Part shown: positions 1 through 12,572 of the stretch, in pieces
Numbering within the stretch: position 1 is the stretch's first letter
Layout of the letters: every line of letters begins with the position of its first letter
Assembly: GCA_951406725.2 (NCBI GenBank)
Contig: OX597821.1
Location: 110,236,001 to 110,300,000 of the forward strand
Origin: Octopus vulgaris
Lineage: Eukaryota
Reading direction: 5' to 3'
DNA: 64,000 bases
Translations under genes and position numbers: made by a program
The notes under the pieces: model-generated
What the model was told of the DNA's origin: nothing
The model's input: the letters and a program-made list of their open reading frames with translations, nothing else
Database searches by the model: none

Positions 1-336
<336 letters not shown>

Positions 337-439
337 AGTAGTGAGCTGGACAATGCCTAGCAGCATTTCGTCTGTCTTTCCTTTGTGGTCGACTTTGTTC
401 TTCCTTTCAGGGTCAATAAATATATATATATATCATGGA

Positions 440-745
440 CCCTCCCGTTATTAGACTAAGTATAAGGGTTCGGTTGTTCCTAGCTGAACAATCACAGAGA
501 TGATTCGTTTATAGTGATCAAATGTTCGTGTTCACATAAGCTCACTCCTTCCATCAAATCGACATTACATGTACACATGCCACATGTACAGGTGTCACAT
601 GTCAGATAACGAAATGATCGCAGAGTAATGTGAAATAAAGTGCTTTGCTCAAGAACACAACGCAACGCCTAGTTTGGGAATCGAACCCACTATCTCGCAA
701 TCGTGAGTGCAACACCCTGACCACTAAACCATGCAACTCCACAAC
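440..745 (-). mobile_element. tRNA-derived SINE (family C), degenerate
   Basis: Minus strand reads TTTAGTGGTCAGGGTGTTGCACTCACGA...GGTTCGATTCCC (A/B-box-like), then TGTGTTCTTGAGCAAAGCACTTTATTTCAC. Related copies lie at about 19990-20245, 25555-25700 and 49200-50030. Confidence 0.7.
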
Positions 746-767
746 ATATGCTCAGGAATAGAAAAAA

Positions 768-806
768 GTCTTTTACGTTTCGAGCCTACGCTCTTCTACA
801 GAGAGG
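768..806 (-). ncRNA. Minimal type I hammerhead-like motif (Penelope pLTR remnant), variant core
   Basis: Minus strand: CTGTAGA-A-GAGC-GTAG-GCTC-GAAACGTA; abuts (TA)n. Confidence 0.55.
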
Positions 807-820
807 GACACAGAAAAAAA

Positions 821-877
<57 letters not shown>

Positions 878-888
878 TAGATATATAA

Positions 889-947
<59 letters not shown>

Positions 948-1374
948 TAGATAGAGAGATACACACGCACATACATACATACTTCGTTGTTATTTTTATT
1001 ACGTTAGACGGCCTTCCATAAACTTCTCTATAGGCCTAGGATTGGCCTGTAGGATATATATATATATATGTTTATAAGCAATATGAATGCAACGAAGGGT
1101 ATAGGAAGGGCATATGGTGTAGCTACGTTCATTTTCTGAATAATCCTCTGTATAAACCGAATGACTTCATTTGTCAGTCAGTGCACATAAACATGTTTTT
1201 AATGCATCCCACTTACGTATTTTTCAACTATTTTCTGACACTATTTACTGTGTTACGCACGTACGCGCACGCTCAAACGCGCGCACACACACATAGGCAT
1301 GTACTTATATATGCACGTACATATTTATACATATACATATACATATAATTATATATATATATATATATAGGGTG

Positions 1375-1426
<52 letters not shown>

Positions 1427-1552
1427 CACAGACATATGATTATACACATACACACATATGTATGTAAATATACATATTTACGCATGTATATATGTATATG
1501 CAAATAAAGTAAATACATACACACATATATATATATGTATACATACATACAT

Positions 1553-1645
<93 letters not shown>

Positions 1646-1653
1646 ATAGATAA

Positions 1654-1729
<76 letters not shown>

Positions 1730-2110
1730 ATAGATAAATAGATAGACAGGTGGATTATATACACGCACACATACACACGCAAGCACACACACAAAACACA
1801 TACAAACAGGCGCGCGCGCACACACCCCCACCCACACACACACACATGAGGTTGCCCGCACATGTTTTGACTGTAATCTGAAGATTTCGTAACATCTGTT
1901 CTGTGTACCAGTTCTGTAATATTGCCAATACTATCGCAGTGCAAGTGGATTTCAACCTGTGCAATATCAATGTGTTTATTAAACCCACTCAGAGTCAACG
2001 ATGAGGTAATTCCTTCCTCTAGGTAACCGTTCAATTTGCTAGAAATAGCAGTTAAATCTACCCCTCGTTCAAATCCCGCCTTAATCTAAGTCTATATCTA
2101 TCTATCTAAA

Positions 2111-2273
2111 AAAAAAAAAATGATCAAAAGGGATCGTGTCTCACAGAAGAGCTTTTAAAAATGTAAAAAGTAAGATTAGGTTGTTGTTTTTTTCCACGGA
2201 TAAACCTAATCTTACTTCATACATTTTAAAAACTCTTCTGTGATACACGATCCCTTTTGATCGTTTTTTTTTT
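2111..2273. repeat. Foldback inverted repeat with ~70 bp arms (MITE-like)
   Basis: GATCAAAAGGGATCGTGTCTCACAGAAGAG...AAGTAAGATTAGGTT (2111-2182) is nearly the reverse complement of 2203-2273. Confidence 0.85.
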
Positions 2274-2433
2274 CCGGATCCCTTTTGATCGGAATTTTAC
2301 CTATTTCCTTATTTTTCCATTTTTTTTCCATTTTCGAAAAGAAAAGCTCTCCATTTGTATTTGTCCCCTCTGTGTTCAGCCCCGTGTGGCCAATAAAGAA
2401 AGTTATCTATCTATCTATCTATCCGTCTATCTC

Positions 2434-2522
<89 letters not shown>

Positions 2523-2529
<7 letters not shown>

Positions 2530-3402
2530 AATAAAATATATGCATATATATAAACATATATGTACGTACCTACCTCTACATGTACATATACACGCATATA
2601 TGTGTACAGGACACCAAAAAGACGTCGAACACATAGAGAGACGAAAAACATAGACACAAACCAAGGAACAAGACAGGCAAAAAAAAGAGATACAGGACAA
2701 TAAGCACAACGAAAAATCCCCTTCTTCAGTCGCTAAAGTTTCATCTACTAAACGTTTCGAAGGATAAAAGCGAGACGTATACTTCGAATGAAAAATTCCT
2801 TCCTGCGAAAAGCAAATCAATTAAAATTCTGAGATCTTTTCGCAGAGGGGTAAAAAAAGCAAGACGGTAACGACAGTACAAACATATAAACAGTAAAAAA
2901 TATATATATAAACAGTAGAAAAATAAATATATAACAGTGAGAGACAGGACAAGGAGAACAAGATAAGAAGGGCTGTTAACGCCAGACGAAAAAAGTATTG
3001 CAAACGCTGGATTATAGTGGACGACGAGAGAGGAAGATGTCGACCAGTGGCCTTAGAAGGCGGGCGAGAAAGGACAGGATAGCAGTACGACGGAAGTAAC
3101 GTCGCAGATGGACGACGGGAATGGGGGAGGAGGAGCAAGAGGAAGAGAGAGAAGAAGGGGAATGGTGCGAGGAGACCATGAAGAACAGTGAGGGGGAGAG
3201 AGAGAGGAAGAGACAAGTTAAGTGAGGGAAAAAAAGACGAAAAAGGGAATGGGAGAGAAAGAAAGAAAGATGCAGAGTCGCGTGAGAGTTAATATCAAGG
3301 CGAACTTGATAAACAGAACAATCTTACTTAATAGGGTGCGTGCGTTTAGTCGTATAATATGTTAATAAAATATATGCATATATATAAACATATATGTACG
3401 TA
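2523..3402 (-). mobile_element. Non-autonomous ribozyme-bearing retroelement (Penelope-like/retrozyme-like, family 1) with 46-bp terminal direct repeat
   Basis: ATATGTTAATAAAATATATGCATATATATAAACATATATGTACGTA occurs at 2523-2568 and 3357-3402. Both ends abut (TA)n. It carries the hammerhead-like motif and is homologous to about 15990-16375 in the opposite orientation. Confidence 0.7.
2718..2850 (-). ncRNA. Putative hammerhead ribozyme with non-canonical pseudoknotted topology (family 1, copy 1)
   Basis: Minus strand: CCCCU-[CUGCGAAAAG..CUUUUCGCAG]-GAAGGA..UUUCAU..ACGU C^UCGCU-UUUA-UCCUUC-GAAACGU..AUGAAA..AGCGA-CUGAAGA-AGGGG. Core CUGANGA, GAAA and GUC are intact. Predicted cleavage is between 2774 and 2773. 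Confidence 0.75.
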
Positions 3403-3414
3403 TATATATATATA

Positions 3415-3679
3415 ACGGGAAGCTTTATGAAAATAGACAAAAGACGAAGGCAGGTGGAAAACAAACGAACAATTGTATTAGTATGGCGCTCAGGAAATAT
3501 AAATAAAACAAGTCTTTAACGTTTCGAGCCTACGCTCTTCAACAGAAAGATACACAGAGAGAAAAAAACACAGAAAGAAGGAGAGAAAAAAATGCGTGCA
3601 GTAACTAACGAACCAACATGGCGATCTGATTTCGGCCAGAAGTCAAAGATCAAACATGAGACGCGAGAGCGAAATTAGG

Positions 3680-3680
<1 letters not shown>
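3415..3680 (-). mobile_element. Penelope-like pLTR remnant with minimal hammerhead (about 3512-3550)
   Basis: Minus strand: TCTTT-CTGTTGA-A-GAGC-GTAG-GCTC-GAAACGT-T-AAAGA (stem I TCTTT/AAAGA, palindromic stem III); flanked by (TA)n. Confidence 0.65.
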
Positions 3681-3760
<80 letters not shown>

Positions 3761-3846
3761 TGTGAGAGAAAGAGTGAGAAACATATATACATACATACAT
3801 GCATATATATACATATATACGTGTGTGTGTGTGTGTGTGTGTGTGA

Positions 3847-3964
<118 letters not shown>

Positions 3965-4147
3965 CACAAAATATGGGGGTTTAGTTCACAGGTGATCTAA
4001 ACGACTAGGTACGCTGGGTAAGTGCTGCAACGTATTACCAGGGCTCCAAAGTCATAACCGAGACGGAAGCTATGGAACCATTTCAAATTTCTGATATAGT
4101 GGATATATAATAGTTAAAGAGGACAACAAGCATTAATGCAAGGCAAA

Positions 4148-4670
4148 CATCTCAAGTCATATACATTATTATTCCTTAAATCCTTAAAAATTATTGAAAA
4201 ATCCAAAGTCTTACAGCTGTTTCTGGGATAATCCAAAGTATGTGATATTCCATCATCGGAGACAAATAGGGAAAATGTGAAGGGTAGAGATTAATGAAAC
4301 GATGATATAGAGGACAGGAGAAAAGGAATAAAGAAATGAAGAAAAACAAGAAAGAAGAAGTATAAAAGTTCACAGTTCAACTTTCCGATAGTGTAGATGT
4401 TAGTCCATAAGTCCTTAGGTGTAATCCTATGTAAGTCCATGTCTGGTAAATATCCAGAGATAAACGCAAACGTATCGAAGTTTCGTAAGACAAAGATCTC
4501 AAGTCATATACGTTATTATTATTGGAAAAATTCAAAGTCTTACAGCTGTTTCTTGGATATCCCAAAATATGGGATATTCCATAATCGGAGACAAATAGGG
4601 AAAATGTGAAGGGTAGAGATTAATGAAACGATGACATAAAAGACAGGAGAAAGGGAATAAAGTAATGAAG
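4148..4670. repeat. Direct duplication of ~190 bp (4148-4342 vs 4496-4670)
   Basis: Both copies share ATCTCAAGTCATATAC...AAAGTCTTACAGCTGTTTCT...ATCGGAGACAAATAGGGAAAATGTGAAGGGTAGAGATTAATGAAACGATGA. Confidence 0.9.
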
Positions 4671-5400
4671 AGATGGTTATTAAGAAATAAAGAGACCATT
4701 GTCTTTACTTTCTATGTGTATATTATTTGTTGCAGTCATTGGACAACGGCCATGCTGTGATACCACATCGACCTTGAAAAGTTTTGCCGAACAAAATCTA
4801 CTGCAGTATCTTTTTCTTTTAATCTGTGAACTTATTCCATCGATACTTTTTTATCGAACCGTTATGCTATGGAGTCATAATCAAATCAATGCCGGTTGGC
4901 AAACGGTAGTGAGGAACAAATATACAAACACATACGCACACATACATCCGTTCAATAAAACCCTTCAGAGTGTTACTCCAGCATAGTCGCAGTTCAGTGA
5001 CTGAATCAAGTAAAAGATCAAAGAAATGGCAGGATGATCACTACTGGAATGTCTTTGATTAAACGTGTATTATTGGATTACAGAAGCTTTGTTCTCATCT
5101 CTTGGCCAAACAAAAACAATTAAAAAATAGATTTTCTATCTGTACGTACACACAGAATCTGCTAGAAATAGCAACCAAATCTTCCCATCTCTCTCGAACT
5201 ACAACTTATTAAATACAACGGAAATATTGAGCATTTTAGATAATGGTGTCATATATGCACTATTTGTTGGGGTAGAGTGGTTAGAAAGATAAAAAGGTGG
5301 TCTCTCCCAGGGCCAATTGCAGGGTTGGGAACAAAAGTTTATGCCCTACAAACATGAACGGCCTGAGATCCTATAATAACACCAAGAAATGTTGAAGTTA

Positions 5401-5559
5401 CCGTATTTTCTTGTATATTTGTCGAACTATTTTATAAGTGATTTTAACTGCAGAAACTAGGATGTGACGTATACATAGGGCTACGCTAAAACAATAAATG
5501 GAAAATAATTTAAGGATGCGACTTACACACGGAGGCTACATATAAACGGGTAAACATGG
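5401..5559. mobile_element. Degenerate pogo/Tc2-type MITE
   Basis: TA|CCGTATTTTC... and ...GTAAACATGG|TA imperfect TIRs; internal GCGACTTA-like repeats. Confidence 0.5.
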
Positions 5560-5689
5560 TATATATTAGGGTATGTTATGCTAAACTGATGTAATATCAA
5601 CCGTATTTGACGGCTTGTTAGGAGACATTTTTTAACCACACCCCAAAAAGTTCTTTGACAAGTGGTAGTTCATGAAAGGAACTAATTCT

Positions 5690-5850
5690 TGAATAATTTC
5701 TTTAAAAAATACCTAGACAAATTCCCTCAAGAAATGCCATACAAACCACCGACCCTTGGATACATCAAGGAAAATTAAAAAAAACTCCCTGAGTGGGCGT
5801 GTGATGCCTTAAAGCAGGACTTAAAAGATTAGTCTTAAAAGGTGGTACTA
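5690..5850 (+). mobile_element. 3' end of CR1/L2-like LINE, interrupted by the piggyBac
   Basis: Translates to FKKYLDKFPQEMPYKPPTLGYIKEN, resembling a CR1-group ORF2 C-terminus. The 3' UTR appears to resume at 8428 after the TTAA. Confidence 0.5.
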
Positions 5851-5854
5851 TTAA

Positions 5855-8423
5855 CCCATTCGTGCTGAAATTTTTCTAGTGAATGAAATTACCTGAAAAT
5901 GCACAGATATTATTATTTTGACCCAAATAACATCTGAAATAAATTTCATTGAAATCCGTTTGATATTTCCTGAAATAATCACTGTCAGTTATAACATACA
6001 TCACGCACTGTGCATATGAATCTTTAATAAGCTTGTTAACTTTGCAATTTACTTATTTAGAGTATAATCAAAGTATTATATCTGACCATAGCTTTACTAT
6101 GAAAATGATTCCTCTTCACATAAATAAGATATCAAGGAAAACAGAAAATTTATTTAGTAAAATATATCCTTTTGAAATGAAACTATTCAGCTTTGCTAAA
6201 CATGATAATTCTTGAAACATTTAGGATGAACTGCTACATCACATTTTTTACATATGAAATGACGTTTCCCAGAGCACTCATTGCATCTCCGTTCATTTGG
6301 AATATATTCAATCCAGTGCTCAACACCATCATACCTTGCATTGTCTTTCAAATTAGATGTGCGTTTTCTTTGTTTTCTTTGAAATTTTGGAGTGCCATAC
6401 TTTTTCATTAGAGTTAGAGACATGTTTTCGATGAAATTGCATAATGTAATTTTGTGCCCTGCTCTATTCATCAAGATGCATGAATTTCGGGTTGCCACAG
6501 ATACAAAATATGACAAAATAGGACACCATTTATTTTGCCACATTAGAATCCTATAGGAACCGATCTTATGACCCAGAAGGTCAGCAAATCCCATATATTT
6601 GTTGTAATTTTGGATGTTTTCAGGCTGTGGAACTGGAACATATTTCTTTTGAGGCCTGTCATAGCGCTCAACCGTGGACATTTTATAGGTTTCAAAGTTC
6701 GATAGCAGAACAACATCGTTATTATCTTTCCATTTCACAGCGACTATATTTGAAGTGGACTTGAAGTCAGCTGCCCCTCTGAGGCGTGCTTTCATTTCAG
6801 TTTTCGTTTTGAAAGGACATCTAGCTGTCTTATTTTCTCTGCAGGTTCTCGATGCACAGATTCCTTTCTCAAAAAGTTTCTCCATCACTTGAATACTTGT
6901 GAAATAATTATCAAAAAATATTTCGAAACCTTTACTGTCTGGTGCTCCTACAGCATCAATGAGATCAAGGACAACGTTCCCACCGAGGCCAAATGCATTT
7001 TCGGTTTCATTGGGACCGTCTTTCTTGCCAGTGTAGATGTCAAAAGCATGTATATTTCCCTGTTGACAATAAAGGACCCAAATTTAGAAACTAAACCGAA
7101 TTGGTTTCCCTTTTATAAATTGTTTGGCATAGGGCTTGCCATAATATGGAGCCATACTTTCGCCAACATAGATGTTCTCCCAAGCCACCATATTCCTTGA
7201 ATTTTCTTTTTGTAAGTGGCCAGGTAGAGGTCTGAGTTTGAATGCACGATCGTCTCCTGAAGCATTGGCATCATCCACTAAATGGATATTTCTTAATATA
7301 CTCTCAAATCTGTCTCACCTCATGCTATTTTGTAAACTTTTTGGAACATTGTCTTCAGATGACCACTGCCTTCTTTTATTAGGAAGTGGACAGTGAGCTG
7401 ACAGAAGCAATCCACCTGAAGAATTCATACAGCTCTGATTTGTATACATTCAGAACTTTACCGTTTTGTACAGCATATCGGTTTGTTTGTTCTACAATGT
7501 CATCCAGTAATTCATCTGTGGAGAACAAACTAAATTGGATAATACTGGATTCGAGCAAGATTTTGCTTCCTCAGATATATCTACAGGCTCATATGAAGTT
7601 GAAACACGATTCGCCGCTTCGTTTTTCTTCCAATCTCTTGTTTTACTGAATTTAGTTTGTTTTAGATTTCCTGTAACTTCTTCAATTTCTTCAGGCACAT
7701 CCTGTTGACAAGAAATTCGTGCGTCAGTTTCCACAAGCCCTCTTTTCAGTCGAACCGAGGAACCTACAGCCTCATCATCTGAAGCACCACTATCGCCATC
7801 GAAGAGTTCTATATTGTGAAGGAGACCAATGTGAACATCGCCTCTGTTGCTCAGCTCTTCCAATAATGCTAGGGCTTCTGTTGTTTTAAGACTGAAAGAA
7901 AAAATTACAATGATATAGAGATGTGTGGACGCAAAATTTATTGTAAATAAAAACCAGACTATTTCAAATAAATCATATTGGCTATTTATAATGCGAAACT
8001 ATATCAACACCTAAAATATTAGGTGAGTTGTTTTATGTCTAAGTTTGCTGCGGATGTCCGTTATAAAAGACAGGGTGTTATATTTTATTTTGTTTACAAC
8101 ATAAATCTCAAATGGTAACAAATTATGCATCTCACCTATGATCATAAAAACACATAAGAGACCACAACAATGCCTACATGATTAAATAATTATAAATGAT
8201 TGGTTCACCATTTACCGCGCGTCCTGCTTGTACTCGCCACGTTGCTCAACTGTGGTTGTTACAAGTTATAGTGTAAGCATTTATTCAAACAGACTGCATG
8301 CACGTTAAGAACATGTTTCATTCTTTGATACAGATCATACACAAATCATAATTTGTATCAAGTATTTGTTTTATACCCTTATAAATTAAGTGTCAGTTTA
8401 ACCGGACGACCGGCATGAATTGA
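5855..8423 (-). mobile_element. piggyBac DNA transposon (PGBD3-like), decayed
   Basis: TTAA at 5851-5854 and 8424-8427. Imperfect TIRs CCCATTCGTGCTG and (rc) TCAATTCATGCCG. Contains a fragmented transposase. Confidence 0.88.
6196..7890 (-). pseudogene. piggyBac transposase pseudogene (frameshifts/stops)
   Basis: Motifs ESMAPYYG..KQFIKGKPIRFSF, WKDNNDVVLLSN, NYNKYMG..DL and the C-terminal cysteine-rich domain RRCNEC..FICKKCDVAVHPKCFKNYH, spread over ORFs 7492-7863, 7084-7278 and 6196-6888. Confidence 0.92.
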
Positions 8424-8963
8424 TTAATTTAGGTATGGCCTGGGCTAATAATGGTTTCAAATTTTGCTATAAAGCCAGCAATTTTAACGAGAAAGAGTTG
8501 ATCGTTAACGCTGACTCCAGTACTTGATTGGTATTTATTTTAAGCATGAAAGGAAATGTTTATCCTTGTGGAATTTGAACTCGGAACTAATAAGTCAAAA
8601 GAAATAACGCTAGATATTTAGTCTGACGCTCTAACCACTCTACAAGCTGACCGCCCTGGCTTGGACCCATTAAAAGCCAAAACCTATCTAAGCTATGGGA
8701 ACAATTTATTTTTATTCGCTCACAGACATTTTGCGTCTAGAAAAACAAGTTAGACAGAATCCTCATAGAAGAAAAGACAGAATCCTCATAGAAGAAATGT
8801 TATTGATTCATCGATCTACTGGACCAAGACTGAGATAGGATTATACAGCGGACATGGAAAACTATCAGCCTCAAGAGCTACGGAAATATTTTGTACATTA
8901 TAGTAATTTTATTTCGCTGTTCCCTCAAAGAAATTAAAATCAACATAGGGAAATAATGGTAAT

Positions 8964-9609
8964 ACTTTCTACCATAGGCACAAGGCCTGAAATTTGGGGG
9001 GCGGGGACTAGTGAAGTACGTCGACCCCGATGCGTAACTGGTACTTAATTCATCGAAGGCGACGAGCTGGCAGAAACGTCAGCACAGCGGCGAAATGCTT
9101 AGCGGTATTTCGTCTGCCGCTACGTTCTGAGTTCAAATTCCGCCGAGGTCGACTTTGCCTTTCAGCCTTTCGGGGTCGATTAAATAAGTACCAGTTACGC
9201 ATTGGAGTCGATATAATCGACTTAATCCGTTTGCCTGTCCTTGTTTGTCCCCTCTATGTTTAGACCCTTGTGGGTAGTAAAGAAATAGATACTTAATTCA
9301 TCGATTCTGAAAGGATAAAAGGCAAAGTCGACCCCGGCGGCATTTGAACTCAGAACATGAAGGCAGACGAAATACCTATTTCTTTACAACCCACAAGGGG
9401 CTAAACACAGAGAAGACAAACAAGGACAGACAGACGGATTAAGTCGACCATATCGACCCCAGTGCGCAACTGGTACTTAATTTATCGACCCCGAAAGGAT
9501 GAAAGGCAAAGTCAACCTCGGCAGCATTTGAACTCAGAATATGAAGGCTGACGAAATACCGCTAAGCATTTCGTCCGGCATGCTAACGATTCTGCCAGCA
9601 CGCCGCCTT
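8964..9609. mobile_element. Nested/tandem tRNA-derived SINEs (family A, OR1/OR2-like)
   Basis: A + copy at 9057-9289 sits inside a - copy, with TSD TACTTAATTCATCGA; a - strand dimer follows. Core GCCTTTCATCCTTTCGGGGTCGATAAATTAAGTACCAG resembles the Meta/MESC SINE domain (from memory). Confidence 0.9.
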
Positions 9610-9689
9610 GAATAGAGAAATAATGATAATGAAGGCAAAGTAATGTCATTTGAGGGTGTCCATGTGACCGACATTCCACAGTGAGTGAA

Positions 9690-11150
9690 TTAAGGATTTT
9701 GAGGTGGATGGATACCAGTATTCAGGTATTTTGGAGTACGACAAAATCAAGGTGAGTGAAATGAAGGAAAGTTTTAGACGAGAATACCTGAGGAGAATCA
9801 AGTTAATTATGAAGAGTAGATTCAATGGAAAGAACAAGATCAGGGCAATGAATACGTGGGCTGTCTCCTTAATGCGATACGGCGCAGGTGTTGTTAGATT
9901 GAGAAAGAAAGAGCTTGAGGAAATGAACAGAAAAAACAGAAAAATTACGACAATGAACAAGGAACCGCACCCCAAGGGCGATGTTGATAGATTGTATATG
10001 TCAAGAAACAAAGGAGAATTCATAGGAAACAAGGTCTGTGTTGTCAAAGAGGAGAACAGTTTGGGATGATACGTCAAACAGGAGACTGAACCTTTGGTTG
10101 TTGCTGTTAAGAATAGATAGCAACATGATACCCAGTGAAAATGTGACACACCCAAAAGCATTTAAGAAATAAGTTGGAAAACAAAAACTTAACGATTGGA
10201 AATTGAAAGCGATGCATGGACAATATGCCTCAGAAAAAGAGCAGAGAAAAAACAAGAGCAAACACAGAGAGGTGGCCAAGGAAAAGTGATTTGGTAGCGT
10301 GCACTGAGGCGTTGATATTCAGCGCTCAGGAACAACATTCGAGAGCTAATTACACCAAGTTCCAAATAGATAAGAGTACAGAATCACCCCGCCCCCTTGT
10401 GGGATGTGTGGCATCAAGAATGAAACAGGATCACATATTGTAAGTGTAGCAAATCGGTTCAATAACGTAGCTAAATACTTCATGGGACATTGAACTGGTA
10501 GAAGCATAAACCAGGTACCACCAAGAATGAATGAATGGATGTTTTTGTAAGATTTTATAATCTAACGATTCAGTGATTTATGCTCGGAGACCATTGTTCA
10601 TCCCCTCCTCCTCCTCATCATCATCATTATCATCATCATTTAACGTCTGCGTCGTAGTTGATAAAATGATGAAGATATTGCCATGTAGGGATGCACGAGT
10701 GTATGATAAAGAACTGGAAAAGTACAAGGAGTCACTACAAGATGAGATAGCATGAACGTGGGCAATTAAGAGAGTAGCGGTCTTCTACATAATTGTAGGG
10801 ACATTGGGGGCACTAGCAACTAGGTTTGAATGTTTTGTTAGAGAAATTCTTTTCTACTCTAGGCACAAGGCCCGAAACTTTTGGGGAGGTGGCTAGCCCG
10901 GTACGCAACTGGTACTTAATTTATCGACCCCGAAAGGATGAAAGGCAAAGTCGATCTTGGCGGAATTTGAACTCAGAACATAAAGACAGACGAAACACCG
11001 CCAAGAATTTCGCCCGGCGTGCTAACGCTACTGTCATCTCACCGCCTTAATTTATTGGAGAAACTGAGATCGGTATAAGGGTTGAACATATTCAGAAAAC
11101 TGCTCTACTGGGAACAGGGATGATTTTGAAATTGGTACTTGGATGTTAAG
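9690..11150 (+). mobile_element. 5'-truncated R4/Dong-clade non-LTR retrotransposon (RT thumb, CCHC, RLE), decayed
   Basis: YQYSGILE..EMK..EY.RR..IMKS..N.KNKIRAMNTWAV..HPKGDVDRLY, then CGMCGIKNETGSHIV and VYDKELEKY..IIVGTLGAL. A family A SINE is inserted at about 10847-11047. Confidence 0.88.
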
Positions 11151-11349
11151 TATCGTGGAAAGAAATCCGGTGAGACCCCACTTGACAACGCGCCATTGTC
11201 CACCCTTACAGAATTAGCCAGAGCAAGTGAAATCGAGAGCTCTGAGGAATGAAATGCACAGAGTGCGTACAATATTTGAGGACAGATTTATGTTTATGTA
11301 AAAGACATATATATAATAACAGTTAACTTTATAAAAAAATGCTACGAAG

Positions 11350-12030
11350 ATTTTCAACACCCAAATCTTCGCAAGACGTTGGCTGCGATAGCTGGGGATT
11401 AAGAAGTTGCCATTCCTCAAAGTGGACGCGGAATTACACCTGGCTTCTTCTTCCGTCCCAAATCTCACTTCAATAGTTCCAGACTTCTTTCCTCGGGTGA
11501 TGTCGGTCTTTTGTTCCCAAACGCTCCCGATACATTTTTGGATTTCGCTCTCAGGAGCATCTTCCACCCGGCATGATTTAACTCCAATGCAGTGGTATGT
11601 AACCGAACATCTTAAGATATTTTCTATCAAGTCGGATGGAGAGCTTAGAGCTACCCTTCTACCATTCCTTTTTACAATCTTCCTTGTCATTTTTATATCT
11701 TCATCTATGCGAAAAGTTTCCATATTTCCTGCCGCAAACACAAAAGAAGCGGAGGCGATATTCGCGTTTTTATGTTTCATTTCTTTACTGTTGTTGTTGT
11801 TGTTGTTGTTTTGCTGTCACTACTGCTGCTGTTACTGTTGTTGTTATTGTTGTCGACACTGAAAGTTGTGACGTTGCTTAGAGACGAAATAGTATTCGCT
11901 TGGGTGACATCATTAAGTTTAAGCCATTCGTTATTCTTGCTCTCATTTTCTTTTCGACGAAGAACGCGCTTCTTTGTCGAACATTATGATGGCTCCTTTC
12001 TCAGCAGCAAAATATTTTTTTCGAAAGTTG
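11350..12030 (-). mobile_element. Probable 5' fragment of an L1/Tx1-type LINE ORF1 (RRM-like)
   Basis: ORF 11214-11780 has complex sequence (TIEVRFGTEEEA..LIPSY..KIWV) reminiscent of ORF1 RRM; no clear host-gene features. Confidence 0.4.
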
Positions 12031-12271
12031 TTAAGATGGAAAAAAAATATTGATGCGCATCTCCTGCAAAACAGGGGGTCTTTCTACCCAAAAAACTATC
12101 TGCGTACTTCAGCTAATCTCAGAAATGCAATGGTAACAATGAAATGAAAACACGGGACCTTAGAAGGCCGAAAAGATTACAAATACTATATCAATTTAGA
12201 TCCAAATTTCTGTGACTTTACAGTATGGCAGCCATAATAAAAATAATAATAATAATTATTATTATTATTAT

Positions 12272-12504
12272 AATCCTTTCTATTATAGGCACAAGACCTG
12301 TTATTTTGGGAAGGGGACTAGGCGATTACATCGACCCCAGTGTTTCACTGTTACTTAATTCATCACCACCACCACCCCCACACCAAAAAAAAAAATAACA
12401 GGCAAAGTCGAACTCGGAGGAATGTGAACTCAGAACGTAACGACGAGCGAAATACCGTTAAGAATTTCATCCAGCGTGCAAACGATTCTGCCAGCTCGCC
12501 GCCT
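12272..12504 (-). mobile_element. SINE family A (tail type 2)
   Basis: Minus strand starts GGCGGCGAGCTGGCAGAATCGTT and ends CTTGTGCCTATAATAGAAAGGA before (ATT)n. Confidence 0.8.
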
Positions 12505-12532
12505 AATTATAATAACAATAATAATAATAATG

Positions 12533-12572
<40 letters not shown>

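Noticed and set aside
1273-2034. Long ORFs rich in YI/YLSI/VCMY (also 30914-31628, 42331-42774, 27777-28296 and many others)
   Set aside because: Translations of (TA)n, (GATA)n and (CATA)n microsatellites; no coding signal.
9057-9145. tRNA gene-like heads
   Set aside because: They are SINE heads continuing into core and tail; no intact cloverleaf.
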